Origin: Octopus bimaculoides
Lineage: Eukaryota
Length of the DNA stretch: 54,546 nt
NCBI RefSeq assembly: GCF_001194135.2
Contig: NC_068982.1
Span: 169,245,501-169,300,046 of the forward strand
Direction of reading: 5' to 3'
Both the position numbers and the translations under genes were made by a program. Below the pieces are notes generated by a model. It did no database searches. It was not told the DNA's origin and worked only from the letters and a program-made list of their open reading frames with translations. Positions 26,507 through 38,995 of this stretch are shown here, one piece after another. Within the stretch, counting starts at the first letter, position 1, and each line of letters begins with the position of its first letter.

Positions 26507-26819
26507 GTTAGTGTGGCAGCATTGAAAAGTCAAAAATATTCAAGCATGAAGAAGGATACATCCAACTGATGACTACTTTATCCTATCTTTACCATTTACC
26601 ATGTTACTGAATCATAAAAGAAATTATATTTTTAATATGTTTCTTACAGGTATAAGTTTAAACATGTCTTAAAATAAACTTTTCTAAAGAAAGATAGGTT
26701 ATTAACTAAATGACAACATATATATTTTCTTTGGTCTCAATTTTCTCAAGATTTTGAGGTAGTAAACATACCAGGACTAAAATTATATTCTCAGTTATTC
26801 AAATGTTTTCAGCTTAACT

Positions 26820-27147
26820 TTAACTCTTTAGCATTTAAGCTGACCGTATTTTACCTGTTTTATGTTCAAACTGGCCAGATTTGGCCTCTCATACCAATCC
26901 TACAATATCATTCTAAAAATTAACAGTTATCTCATCAAAACCTCAATGCCTCAAAATAATGCATGATTAATTCAAAACACTGAATCAACATCTGATGCTC
27001 TACTAACTGAACCATTACTGACCTTACCAGTTCCTGGCAAGCCATCCAACCCATGCAGGCATGGAAAATGGACATTAAATGAGGATGATGAACATGAATA
27101 AAATAAGCATTACTTTTGATAGAATAATGTGAATGCTAAACGCTTAA
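26820..27147. mobile_element. TTAA-type MITE with a nested RTE-tail fragment (about 26986-27092)
   Basis: Termini ttaactctttagcattt ... gaatgctaaacgcttaa; the insert ends gcatggaaaatggacattaaatgaggatgatga. Confidence 0.7.
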
Positions 27148-27566
27148 GCAGCCTTTAATTTTCCCATTTCCTATTGTAGTGTAGCATATATAGCCACTAT
27201 GCAAAGCAATTACTAACAATTTAAAATCTGTATAGAAATGTTAGATCATATTCTGTGATTTTCTTGTTAGGCTTTCGTATTTCTATTCAAGTTTCTTTTA
27301 TTTTAACAGTCAATTGTTGTTTATACTAACTAGATGAATCATTCTACTAAAATTTGAACTTTTGATTGTAAGACAAATAAATAAGTTGAAAATATCACTC
27401 ATTTGACAGACTGAATAATATTTACATGAAAGAAACTTCCTAAAAAAAAATGTCTTTTAGCCATCATGTCAAAGGCCATGCTAGAACACTACCTTTCATT
27501 TAATGTTGTTTTTAGTGTTGATTTTCTTCTATAGCAATCACTATAGAGTATTAAGCTTCCACTCAC

Positions 27567-27581
27567 CACAGAGGGTAAGAC
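27567..27581 (-). other. Candidate 15-nt microexon (GTCTTACCCTCTGTG)
   Basis: ctctttagttctttcttcctag|GTC TTA CCC TCT GTG|gtgagtgg in sequence not recognised as repeat; frame-preserving. Confidence 0.3.
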
Positions 27582-27923
27582 CTAGGAAGAAAGAACTAAA
27601 GAGACCTGTTTGTCAGATTTAGACTCATATATCAGCAGCTGACATTTACAAGCCTAATTCAAAGAAAAGGCTAGTTTCCATTTGCTAAAATAGCAGGTTT
27701 GCCCTGTCAGTAGATTAATATAATTCAATTCCCATTGGGAGTTATAACAGTGTTTTATTTAAATGTTTTGAGAGATAAATATATCAGATTATATTAAAAT
27801 CAACTTTTTCTAAAGAACTTCAATCCTCAAATCATAGACAGTCAGATAAAGAAAATAAATGGTAAACATTCAAGGCATATATTCTTTTACTTGTTTCAGT
27901 CATTTGACTGTGGCCATGCTGAA

Positions 27924-27965
<42 letters not shown>

Positions 27966-29864
27966 GCCACATCACCAGAATATGTCACATGCTTTTAGAA
28001 ACTTGTTAATCTCATGGAGGATAAACAGGAACCTTTGTCACCAATATTGAAATCTCTCTCTCCCTCACTTTTATATATCATTTAATGTCTGTTTTCCATG
28101 CTGGCATGGGTTAGACGGTTGGACAGAGGCTGGCTAGGCAGAAGACTGCACCAGGCTTCACTGTCTGTTTCGGTAGGGTTTTTATGGCTGGATGCCCTTC
28201 CTAAAACCAACCCACTTACAGATCTATATTTCTTTTTTTTATCTTTTACTTGTTTCAATCTTAAACTGCAGCCATGCTGGGGCATTACCTTGAAGAATTT
28301 TTAGCCAAACAAATCAATCCCAGTACTTTTTTAAGCCTGGTACTTATTGTATCAGTCTTTTCTACTCAACTGCTCACAAACACATGTGTAATTATATAAA
28401 TCAGGCTTCTTTCAGTTTCCATCAGCCAAAATTCACCCACAAGACACCACCCAGTGGGACTGAACCTAGAAATGTGTTTGGGAAACAAACTTCTTGCCAC
28501 ACAGCCACATGTGAGAGAAAGAGAGAGAGACAGACAGACATACATATAAGTCATGGTCATTTTATGTTTACTTTCTATACTGGTATAAGTTGGATGGTTC
28601 AATATGACTAGAATAAGTTCTTTATTTGAAGTTACTGCCCTCCTAAAATGGTCAGAGGATCATGGTTTGCTTGGACATAGTCACAAATTTCCCACTAATT
28701 CAAAGAAGCAATGATATAACTCCCAGTAGTAATCAAATTATACCAATTTGATGGTTGGGAAAACATGTCAACTATTTCAGTATATGGAAACTAGTCCTCT
28801 TGGCACAGTTTCTACAGCTAAATGTCCATTTTTTTTTACTTCCACCAACCACTTTATAGAGTGTACTGGGTGCATTTTATCATGGTATCAGCACCAAAGA
28901 AGTTCTCATACCCTTAACAAGCCACAAAAGTCCTTACAACTGTACATTTTCTGCTTGTTTACCAACCACTTTATAGAGTGTACTAGGTGCATTTTATATG
29001 GTATTAACATGCACTCATATTGTTAATTATTTGTTTGATTCAGTTATTCAACATATTGCTAAATTTAATCCATCAAGCACTTTAATCCTTTTGACACCAA
29101 GCTGTATCAGATCAGCACTCTTTATTAATACAAAAGCTTTAATTTAAATATTGATATTTAAATTAAAATGGTCCACCATAATTTCACCTATGAATCTTTT
29201 TTTGAAGTTACATTCTAAACATTAGCTTGAAAATAAAAATGTTAAGTTATTTTACTTGATTCCTTTAAATTCTTGATTATTTTCAAGTCCAGTTCAAACA
29301 TACAGAATACTTCATAAGAAATATGGTCATGAACATGTTAAAGAGAAATTTCTGCTGTAGTTCGAAAAATAATTGTATAAATAGTTCAGTATTGTTGATG
29401 TACTTTAGTATTAAATCTACACAGATGTGTGAGATTTGCATTCCATGACATTTTAACCAAATATTGACAGTCTGTGGTTCATGACTGTTCTCTGAATATG
29501 TAATTTAGGTAAATTCAGTTACTTCATCACTTATCCTACTGATGAAAGACCCATTGAACCCCCTCCAAGGTTAAATGGTTTCCAGAAATAGAACATATAC
29601 CCCAGTGATACATATATTTTTTAATGGATCTCAGCCAGAATTTCAGGCATTAAGTATTCAGCTGCTTGATCAAGTAAAACTATTAGGCTCAGTGAATTAG
29701 CATGTATATGGCCGAGCATTCCAGACACATGTACCCCTGATGTTATTCTCAGGCAGAATCCATGTGATGCAGTATGACAAGGCTGGGCCTTTGAATTACA
29801 GGTACAATCCATATGATGGACTTTTACACAGTTTACATCTACCAATATCTGTGCATATGTTTTA

Positions 29865-30060
29865 GCAGTTAGATGTTTGCTTTATCTAGAGAAATTAAGA
29901 CCAGCAAATTGTCTATCTATCATAACCTGGAGCCTTCTTGACAAGGCATCTTCCTACCCCTACTCACCAGGAGTACGCAGTTGTTGCCTTTGTCTCTCAG
30001 AGAAACTGTACATATTGCAAGAGCTGGCTGTATTCCTGAACAAGAGAATTGAGCAGAAAG
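29865..30060 (+). pseudogene. Penelope-like element, GIY-YIG endonuclease C-terminal remnant
   Basis: ORF 29877-30098 contains ITWSLLDKASSYPYSPGVRSCCLCLSEKLYIL...LNKR. This matches the remembered PLE motif I.WSI...A..Y......CNLCL.EK..I......LNKRSE. Confidence 0.7.
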
Positions 30061-30866
30061 AACTGAAGCACCCGTGTTCTGCTGGATGTGCAATGTAGGT
30101 GTTGTGAGAAAAACTGGGCATAAGAGGAATCAATAGTGGGCAAGAAAGAAGACTGCACTGTTATGGAGAGGTGATGCATATGGATGAGAACAGCTGTATA
30201 ATGACACGTCAATCACTTCTTCTGCAAGGAAACCCAAGTTTCCTTGCAAAAGGAAAAATCTTGCAAAATCTACTCACAAGGATTTGATCAGCCCGAGGAT
30301 ATAGTAGAAGACACTTGCCCAAGGTGTCACGCAGTGGTTTCGAACTCGGAACCATTTGGTTCGTAAGCAAGCTACTGACCACACAGTCATATAATGCATG
30401 TATATCACTCACTGCATTGACCAGATTATTGAATGTTGTCATACACTGTTGGTCTCAATGCGCTTCCTCACATTGTTGTAGCTTTCGAATGATACCACCC
30501 CAAAAGTTCTCCTGAATGGAATGCCAGTGTTTTTCAGGGTTATCCATTTACAGCTGAGTGGACTGGAGCAAAGTGAAATGAAATGCTTTGCTCAAGAGTA
30601 CGATGTACTCAGAGAGTCGAGACCATGACCTTGTATTCATGAATGCTACACTAACCACTAGGCCACATGCTCACACACACACACACACACACACAAATAT
30701 ATATACATATCGATTAAATGCAAATAAATACACTTTTCCCTCTAATTCCACCTAAACATGTCCCAATTCCATAATACTTTTCTCCATTATTTCTAGTTAA
30801 TTAAAAATAGAAAAAAAAAAGTAATCAAATTAGAAATTTCCTCCTTCCAATAAATTTACACAAAAC

Positions 30867-31019
30867 TGTTTAGTTACAGAATCATTAGAAAGCCGGTAGA
30901 ATAATCACCATGGTGGAAAGAAATTATGAACAATTGTGTAAATTACATTGTACAATTGGTCCTAATTTCTCCCAGCTATTATTATCCCAACAGTTTTCTA
31001 ATGATTCTGTAACTAAACA
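30867..31019. repeat. Long hairpin (25-bp perfect outer stem, 17/19 inner stem, 14-nt loop)
   Basis: 30867-30891 is the exact reverse complement of 30995-31019, and 30919-30937 pairs with 30952-30970. Confidence 0.9.
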
Positions 31020-31251
31020 ATTTATATTAGCTCAGTGGATTTCAAACTGTTAGTGTTACTCACTCCCTTTTCAAGTCACAAATTTGCCTCTTATTAACCC
31101 TTTTCTAATTCTTTCATAATTATTTTTTTTTTTGTGGAAGTAAATCATGTGATACCTTGTTATGCTTTCACCACAATTTTGTTGTTTACTTGCATTGTTT
31201 TATTTATTTATATATTTTTTGGTGTGTCTGTATGTTGTAATTTAAATATAA

Positions 31252-32030
31252 CTAGGCCTCACTGAGGCAATGACCAGTGACCGGGACTTTTGGAAATATG
31301 CAGATGTGAGAAGACCCGGCAAGGCAAGTGAGAGCATAATCTGTGATCTCTGCCAGAAGTGTAGCCAGCTCACTAATCCGTATCTTTACTGCATTGGACA
31401 CTAAAAACCCTGCTTGTGAAGACCTATTGAGGCAAGTGAATTTGGAATTTGAAATCGAAATCGAACCGAATCTGACAACTGGCACCCATACCAACCTCTC
31501 CTTCATTGGACACTAAACTCTGCTTGCGAAGACCTGTTGGGGCAAGTGAAATCGTAATTGAACCATACTTGAGGACTGGCACCGTGCCAGTGGAGCACTA
31601 ACAGCACTGTCGAGTGTGTTCATTGCCAGAGCAGTTGTCTGGCTTCCGTGCTAGTGGCCCGTAAATAGCACCATTTGAGCGTAATCATTACCAGCATTGC
31701 CTTCTAGCACTTGTGCTGGTAGCACGTTAGAAAATCATTCGAGCGGTCGTTGCCAGTGCCGCTGGACTGGCTCCCATACAGGTGGCACGTAAAAAACACC
31801 TTTTTGAGCCTGGTCGTTGCCAGTAACATGTGACTGGTCCTCGTACCGGTGGCACGTAAAAGCACCCACTACACTCTTGGAGTGGTTGGCGTTAGGAAGG
31901 GCATCCAGCTGTAGAAACTCTGCCAGATCAGATTGGAGTCTTGTGCAGCCTTCTGACTTGCCAGTCCTCAGTCAAATCGTCCAACCCATGCTAGCATGGA
32001 AAGCGGATGTTAAACGATGATGATGATGAG
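31252..32030 (+). mobile_element. RTE LINE 3' end with internal duplications
   Basis: LGLTEAMTSDRDFWKYA, a duplicated cattggacactaaa..ctgcttg.gaagacct segment, tandem units and a (GAT)n tail. Confidence 0.8.
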
Positions 32031-33612
32031 TTAATTACTAACCAGTTTTACTTTCAGTCAACCACTCTAACTAACCTGATTCCTAAACAAAGAGAGAGTC
32101 TGTTTGCAGTTGTTCAATCTGCAACAAATATCAGACAAATATAAGCAAAATACACCATACTGTCTTAAAAAGGAAATAATGGACAATGTAGTCCAGAGTA
32201 CACAGAGGAGAAAAAGTACATGACAACCATACCTAGAGTATGTTAGACAATAGGTATATTTTAAATGGGCCAACTTGGGAACTAAACAAAAACAACCTTT
32301 TATACATGTACAGCTCACAAAAATGCCAAGTAAAAACAAAACATATTAGCTGTAAGGTTCAAGTGGTATATTGTTAAATATGTATGTCATAAGTTCAGGC
32401 ATTAATATAGTGATCATGTGCATCTGGGCACAGCACTTGACTGTTTGTAGACTACTAAGACACACTTCACTTCTTCAAAGTTCAGGGGTGTATACCAATA
32501 AATAAACCAATAAGGTGTTGAACTGGCAGAGCCATCACAACACTTGACAGAATGTTTTGTGGTATTTGTTTCAATTCTCTGCTGAGTTCAAATTTTGCTG
32601 AGGTCAACTTTGCCTTCCATTTTATTGAGGTCAATAAAACAAAAAGTACCAATCTAAGACAATGCATTGGAAGAATGTCAGACCAGATGCCTTGTAGCAT
32701 TTGTTTTGGCTCTTGTGTCTCGAGTTCAAATTTCACTAAGAAACTACCACCTATTTAACACCATCACCTAGCAACTTGGGTGCCTTTAGAGGAGTCTACT
32801 TTGTTGTAAACACCTGGGCTGTTTCTAGCTTGAGAATACCTTCTTCCATTCCTCCTATCAGCTTTGAAGGCCCTAAAATGGGTCCTGAGCACTGTCTTCC
32901 ATTCGGACTAAAAGATAAGAAAAGAATATCAATCATGCAAGAAGGGAAACTATGCTAAAACTAAACAAAGATACCATAAAGAAAATAATCTATTAGACCT
33001 TTTGACGAAGGAAAATAAATATCTAGTCAAAAGATATATACTAACACTCCTGTCCACACACTAAATTTGACATTATCAACTTCAAATTTGTCACCGTCAG
33101 TCTTGATTATGTTGGCATCTATCTCAGTTGAATAATTGTCAGCTTAAATGTCATTAATGTCGATCACTATACATATTTATGAGTATATTGATTGATACTT
33201 AGCTGACTTTGATTATTGAAAATGATTGTGCTGGTTTTGTTGTGTGAATATGTTAAGGGAGTTAAGAAATAGGAATAATGAATAACAAGTTAAACTGAAG
33301 TTATTTTTTTTACTCTTCATAATGTTGTGTGTGTGTGTGTGTGTGTATCATCATCATTTAACATCTGTTGTCTATGTTGGCATGGGTTGGACGGTTTGAT
33401 CAGAACTGGCAAGTTGCACCAGGCTCCAGTCTGATTCAGCATGGTTTCTATGGCTGGATGCCCTTCCTAATGCCAATCACTTTACAGAATGTGCTGGGAG
33501 CTTTTACGTGACACCAGTACAAGACTCTTGTAGGCCAATCTTCTTCACCAAGGGGAGTAGCTTTAACATTTCTGCTGTGGTGTACAAGCTAACACTTCTA
33601 CTGTAGAAGATT

Positions 33613-33648
<36 letters not shown>

Positions 33649-34106
33649 TTACTGCATTAGGAAGGGCATCCAGCCGTAAAAATCATGTCAAAACATCATT
33701 ATTCTTACAGCTATTGTCTTCGATTCTGCTGACCTACCCTTTGTCTTCATTTTTTTCACTGCTGCTATTCTGGGACCTTAGTTTGGTGTGCTTGTGCGTT
33801 CGTTCTTCTCAGCAGTATCTTTTCGGGGTCAATAAATTAAGTACGAGTCAAGTACTGGTGGTGGGATAGGGGGTTTGATGTGATCGACTTACCCTTCCCC
33901 ACAAATTTCAGGCCTTGTGCCTATTGTAGAAAGGATTATAATTATTACTATCATTATTATTATTACCGGTTGGCGTTAGGAAGGGCATCCAGCTGTAGAA
34001 ATTCTGCCAAATCAGATTGGAGCCTGGTGTTGCCATCTGGTTTCACCAATCCTCAGTCAAATCGTCCAACCCATGCTAGCATGGAAAGCGGACGTTAAAC
34101 GACGAT

Positions 34107-34345
34107 GATGATGATGATTATTATTAAGGCAGTGGACTGGCAGAAGTGTTAGCACACTGGGCAAAATGCTTAGTGGCATTTTGTCCATCTTTACATTCTG
34201 AGTTCAGATTCCACTGAGGTCAACTATGCCTTTCAGCTTTTCAGGACTGATAAAATAAGTATCAGCTGAACACTGGGATTGATGCAATTGATTTATCCCC
34301 TCCACCAAAAAAAAATTGCTGGCCTTGTGCCAAAATTGAAATTAT
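34107..34345 (+). mobile_element. tRNA-derived SINE, third family (core gttcaaattcc...gtcaactttgcctttcatccttt...gataaaataagtac)
   Basis: Copies occur at about 32545-32665, 33815-33935, 44580-44660 and 51368-51545 (plus) and 16950-17090, 40935-41085, 51200-51330 and 51650-51740 (minus). Confidence 0.75.
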
Positions 34346-34890
34346 TTTTATTATTATTGAGTGAGAGAGCAGGGTATGCCATGAAAGTGACACAGGGTAA
34401 AGTATACGAACCCAGTATACCCATCATTACTACCCACCTGATAAGGATACACCGGACACATGCATCACAACCATATGTGCGTGACATGGTGATCTCGTAT
34501 CAAGATAAACAGCGCATGACCTTGCAGGTGAAGCCCAGTTAGAATTCTCTTCAAGTTGAGTAGCCTATCCCACTCAAAAGGTCTCTGAATAAGGATTGTT
34601 TAAGGATGTTGAACGAAACACCCATGTTTCCAGAGGTGAATTATCTAAACTCCAAAAAAATTCCTCTCAACACATGGCTATGATGCTCCGCCACTACTTC
34701 TATTCATGATCAGAGATGCATATATCGCCAGCCACCAAGGGACATGCTCAACTGGTTACGATCAAACAACTGACAAGCAAACCTGTGGTATTGAGCAGAA
34801 TATTTGCTGTTGCCCATCTTTTATATCAAAACAAAACAATGTACATGATAACACTTCCAATCAGTTAAGATCAGATTATGGAGCTATGTG
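34345..34890 (-). mobile_element. About 550-bp retroposon with (AAT)n tail
   Basis: The tail attattattgagtgagagagc lies at the left end. The body is recognised from memory as a common Octopus repeat; the class is not determined. Confidence 0.55.
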
Positions 34891-37800
34891 AGTTTCTCTC
34901 TTCACTTCTGTAAATGGAAAATTGTCACAGAACATAACTCAATTTAATTTTTTATTTATGCAGCTATTATTAATGATGGATGTTTAATCAATGATATATC
35001 TTGACTCAATCAACAGATAATAAAATATTAAAACACTTAACAGGAAACCTAATTTTGAAATTACTGTGAGAGTTCAAACAAAAATATCATCTGGACATTG
35101 CTTTTATTAAATTCTTCTTGAATGAAGTAAAAAGTTTGGAAAGTGGTAAATCAATCTTGAAACTTTCAACAAAATGTTTCTCATAGCTCTAAGTAACTTC
35201 ATACATGTCCCTGAGGCACATAATCAGTTTATCTATGTAAAAGATGATTATTTTTAAAGTATTGTGGAGTTAATTATTGAGGTTGTGTCTGCAAAAACTA
35301 CAATAGAAATGGTGTTAAGGTAGGAATTATACAAACATTGTTTTACTGATATTTAGTGAGAGTAAAAGGAAAAAGGAAATTGCTATCAAGTGGGAAGTCA
35401 GAACAGAATAAAGCAATGTGGTTTTTTTGTTTTTTTTATATGTCTGGCAACTAATAAATAAAAAGGCTGAGAGCAAAGTAGTTTGATAAACAATTTCCTC
35501 CGTAAGGTGGGAGTGATTTAACCTTCTAGGAATGTTCAACTGGCATGCACTTGGAATTGGAGCACTTAATTAGCAAGATAGACCTACTTCATTGCCCAGT
35601 TGAACACCATCACCTAGCAGTGTATAAGCTTGTATGAGAGATTGTAAACTTGCTAGAAACAGAAACTAAATAACATCCTAATCATCATCATTTTCATGTC
35701 CACTTTTCCATGCTTACATGGGTTACACAGAATTCATTGAGGCAGATTTTCTAGTAGCAGATGCTTGTCCTGTCATCAATATTACCAATATTACTTAAGT
35801 TGTTTCCAATTAAGGTAATGTTTTCCCCATAGCCAGAAATGTTTTCACAGTAGATTGGAAATGAAAGACACCGCTTGTATGACAGTGATGTTCGTTTACA
35901 ACTATTACATGATGACAAAGCAAGGAGAGAGTAACACACCACAAACACACACACATACATGCACACACATGATGAGTTTCTTTCAGTTTCTGACAACCAA
36001 CTCCACTCACAAGGCTTTGGTCAATTGGTGGCTACAATGGAAGACACTTGCCAAAGGTGCCAAGCAGTGGGACTCATTGGAAGTAACATAAAACCTCTAT
36101 CCTCTCTTTCTCTCCAACTTGCTTGTCCATTACTACTAAAATATAAGAAAAATGTTAATTCTGAGAGATAATACTAAGACCTATAGAAATATAGGTTAAT
36201 GAAAATTAGGTATAATTTAATTTCTAGTAGATTATAATAATTATTCCACAGTTTGGAAAAATTTTCAAGATTCAAGGATTTATTTGTGAATATTTGGAGC
36301 AAAATTTCAAATCAGTGTCCAATATTTTGTTCAATAAATTATAAAAAGCCAGAATCCTAAACTCACAAGACCATTAATTCAATTCTTTAAAAAGAGAAAT
36401 TCGATCTGACATCTCCACTCTCTGATTGATATTAGATACTAGGGAACTAATGCTCGTATTTTTGCATATCAAAGTTCAATCAGATACTCCTAGAATGAGT
36501 GACAGCTAACCAAGTAGAAAAGGTAACAGATAGCAAACCAAAAGAGCCACAGTCAGTCACCAAGGTTGTACAATCTCTAGAATTAAATCTCACAAACAGT
36601 CCAGTCTACCGAACAGAAAGAGGTAACCAGCAGAAGCCCAGTATAATTGTTTAAAGATTCACACGAGTGTCAGATGTAGAGGTTTGGATTTGATTTTATA
36701 TACTGATTTGCCCTAGTTATTATGCATTAAGTCTTTAAATATTACGCCAATAATGCATTGCAGTAAGAGATTTTCATTTTGAAATACGCAATTGTTAGGT
36801 TAATACATTGTTTACAAAATATAAATTCATCAAATGGTTAAAGCCAAATTCATTAAAATCATAAAATTATCATTCCAAATGAGAAACTCCAACTATATAG
36901 TTATGAACAAATCTTATGGCCCAGAAATTGGATCATAGCAGTATAGCATATATGTTTTCTTTACAAAGAATAGCTCAGAAAAAGAATTCTTTGGTCTAGT
37001 TATTACAGTGACATTTTACTAAACCAGTTTTCTAATAACCAGTTCCAGTAGCATAAGTAGCAAAGCTACAAGCTAACAAATAGCTGCTATAACTTTCATA
37101 GCTGAGTAAACAAGAAGAGAGACAAAACCAAAACTGTACAGGATAGGTATGTAGCAACTGATTTATTATAAAAAGTATAATATAGAAATAAATGTCTATA
37201 ACACCAATTCAGTCAATGCTCACGTATAAAATTATCACATTAACAGTTCCAAATAAGACTGAGCAAGCTGTTGGACACCAGAGATCTGCTTGTCAGAGCA
37301 TTCATTCTATTTAGATTATATAATTCATAGATAAACAAAAGAAACTGGACTTGCTAGTCAAGTAGCTATTTCAAATACTAGTACATTTATAGAATTTATA
37401 TTTTTTTACCAATACAGTAACGCTTTTACTGACCAGAATAGTTGAAAGTTCGGGATTAAAAAATAAAAATTGCATTAAAATGACCACTTCTGAAGTGTTT
37501 GTTTATATTTCAATCTTCTTAGTGACCACTAGTGTCAGCATCTGTAGTACTGATAAGAAGTAAGGTCATCTGGAATAACCTCTTAACTTTGAAGTCAGAG
37601 CAATTAATACCCTTGTGATATCAGTCTTCTGCATTAGTGTGAAATTCAAGAGGCCTACAAAGAAGGATTCAATCCACAAGAGGATGTGATGATGTGTAAA
37701 AACCTCCTTTCCAACATTAAAAAAAAACAAAACAACAAAAAGTATACTGATCTGATAAACAATTTTTCTTCAAATACATCTGTCAAGAATCTAGCAATGC

Positions 37801-38454
37801 AAACTAAACTGGCATGGTCAGAAACCCCCAATAAAATGGTCAAGTACAAACCAACTTTCAAAATGACATTTCTAAAAACGGAAAAACGTAGATGTGTTAT
37901 CAGCTTTTGGATTAGACTGTCTTCTAGAAGCTCTCAAAGCTCAAAGGAAAGTAGCTCAGAAAATGGCCCCTAATATCCCAGTGGGTTACTCTTTACTCTC
38001 TCTTTTACTTGTTTCAGTCATTTGACTGTGGCCATGCTGGAGCACCGCCTTTAGTCAAGCAAATCAACCCCAGGACAGCGATGTTGGGGGGACAAACACA
38101 GACACACAAACATATACACACACATACATATCTATATATATATACATATATACGACGGGCTTCTTTCAGTTTCCGTCTACTAAATCCACTCATAAGGCTT
38201 TGGTTGGCCCGAGGCTACAGTAGAAGACACTTGCCCAAGGTGCCACGCAGTGGGACTGAACCTGGAACCATGTGGTTTATAAGCAAGCTACTTACCACAC
38301 AGCCACTCCTACACCTATACAATTAATGGTGATAAATGGTAAATGTTTCTAAGTGAAATGCCCTAATGCAAAATATTTAAATGCTTCAGAATGCTATATA
38401 TAATGTGTACATATCGTTATCTGGTCAAGCTAGCTCAGACATTTTCAACCCATG

Positions 38455-38995
38455 CATGCTTTCCATCTTGGCCCAGCATTAGTTGAGGGTGGTCTTCAGG
38501 GAGGCATCCAGTACCTCTAATGAGTTGATCTACATACGTTGTGAGCAGATGACCTGCTCAAGCATGGCCATACTTTGGCATCCATAGCAGTAGGTCACTT
38601 GCCAGCTCTTGTTTAGCATGCAGAGCATAAGTGCCTTTCCCTTATAATAGTGGGAACAGGCAGGAAATCTTCATACAGTTGCTTCTTGGTCAAATATGTT
38701 CTCCAAGATATGTTTAAGACTCCTCTTAACTTTCAGGTGTAAGTTCCATCTGACTTGGATCTCAGTTAACCATCCTTCTAGAATCTTCAGTCAACATCAG
38801 CAGAGATCCCATCAATGAAGCTGATGATTTCACATACCTAGGTTCTGAGACAACCTCAACTGAAAAAGATGTAAAAGCATGGTCAGCCCTAAACAAATTG
38901 GATGTTATCTAGAAATCAACCCTGTCAGACAACCTTAAGAGGAATTTTTTCCATGCACTAGTAGAGTCAGTCCCTTCATATGGAGCAACAGCCTT
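38455..38995. pseudogene. RTE LINE fragment with an internal inversion
   Basis: Plus strand about 38790-38995 reads DPINEADDFTYLGSETTSTEKDV-KAWSALNKLDVI*KSTLSDNLKRNFFHALVESVPSYGATA. Minus strand about 38745-38460 reads VLNISWRTYLTKKQLYEDFLPVPTIIRERHL and KQELASDLLLWMPKYGH...TYVDQL. Confidence 0.85.

Noticed and set aside
33040-33150. Coding-looking minus-strand peptide ADNYSTEIDANIIKTDGDKFEVDNVKF
   Set aside because: The splice signals are weak, there is no recognisable family, and it is too short to support.
32757-35619. Exact 17-mer aacaccatcacctagca at 32757-32773 and 35603-35619
   Set aside because: The match does not extend, and one such match is plausible by chance or as an old repeat relic in 54 kb.
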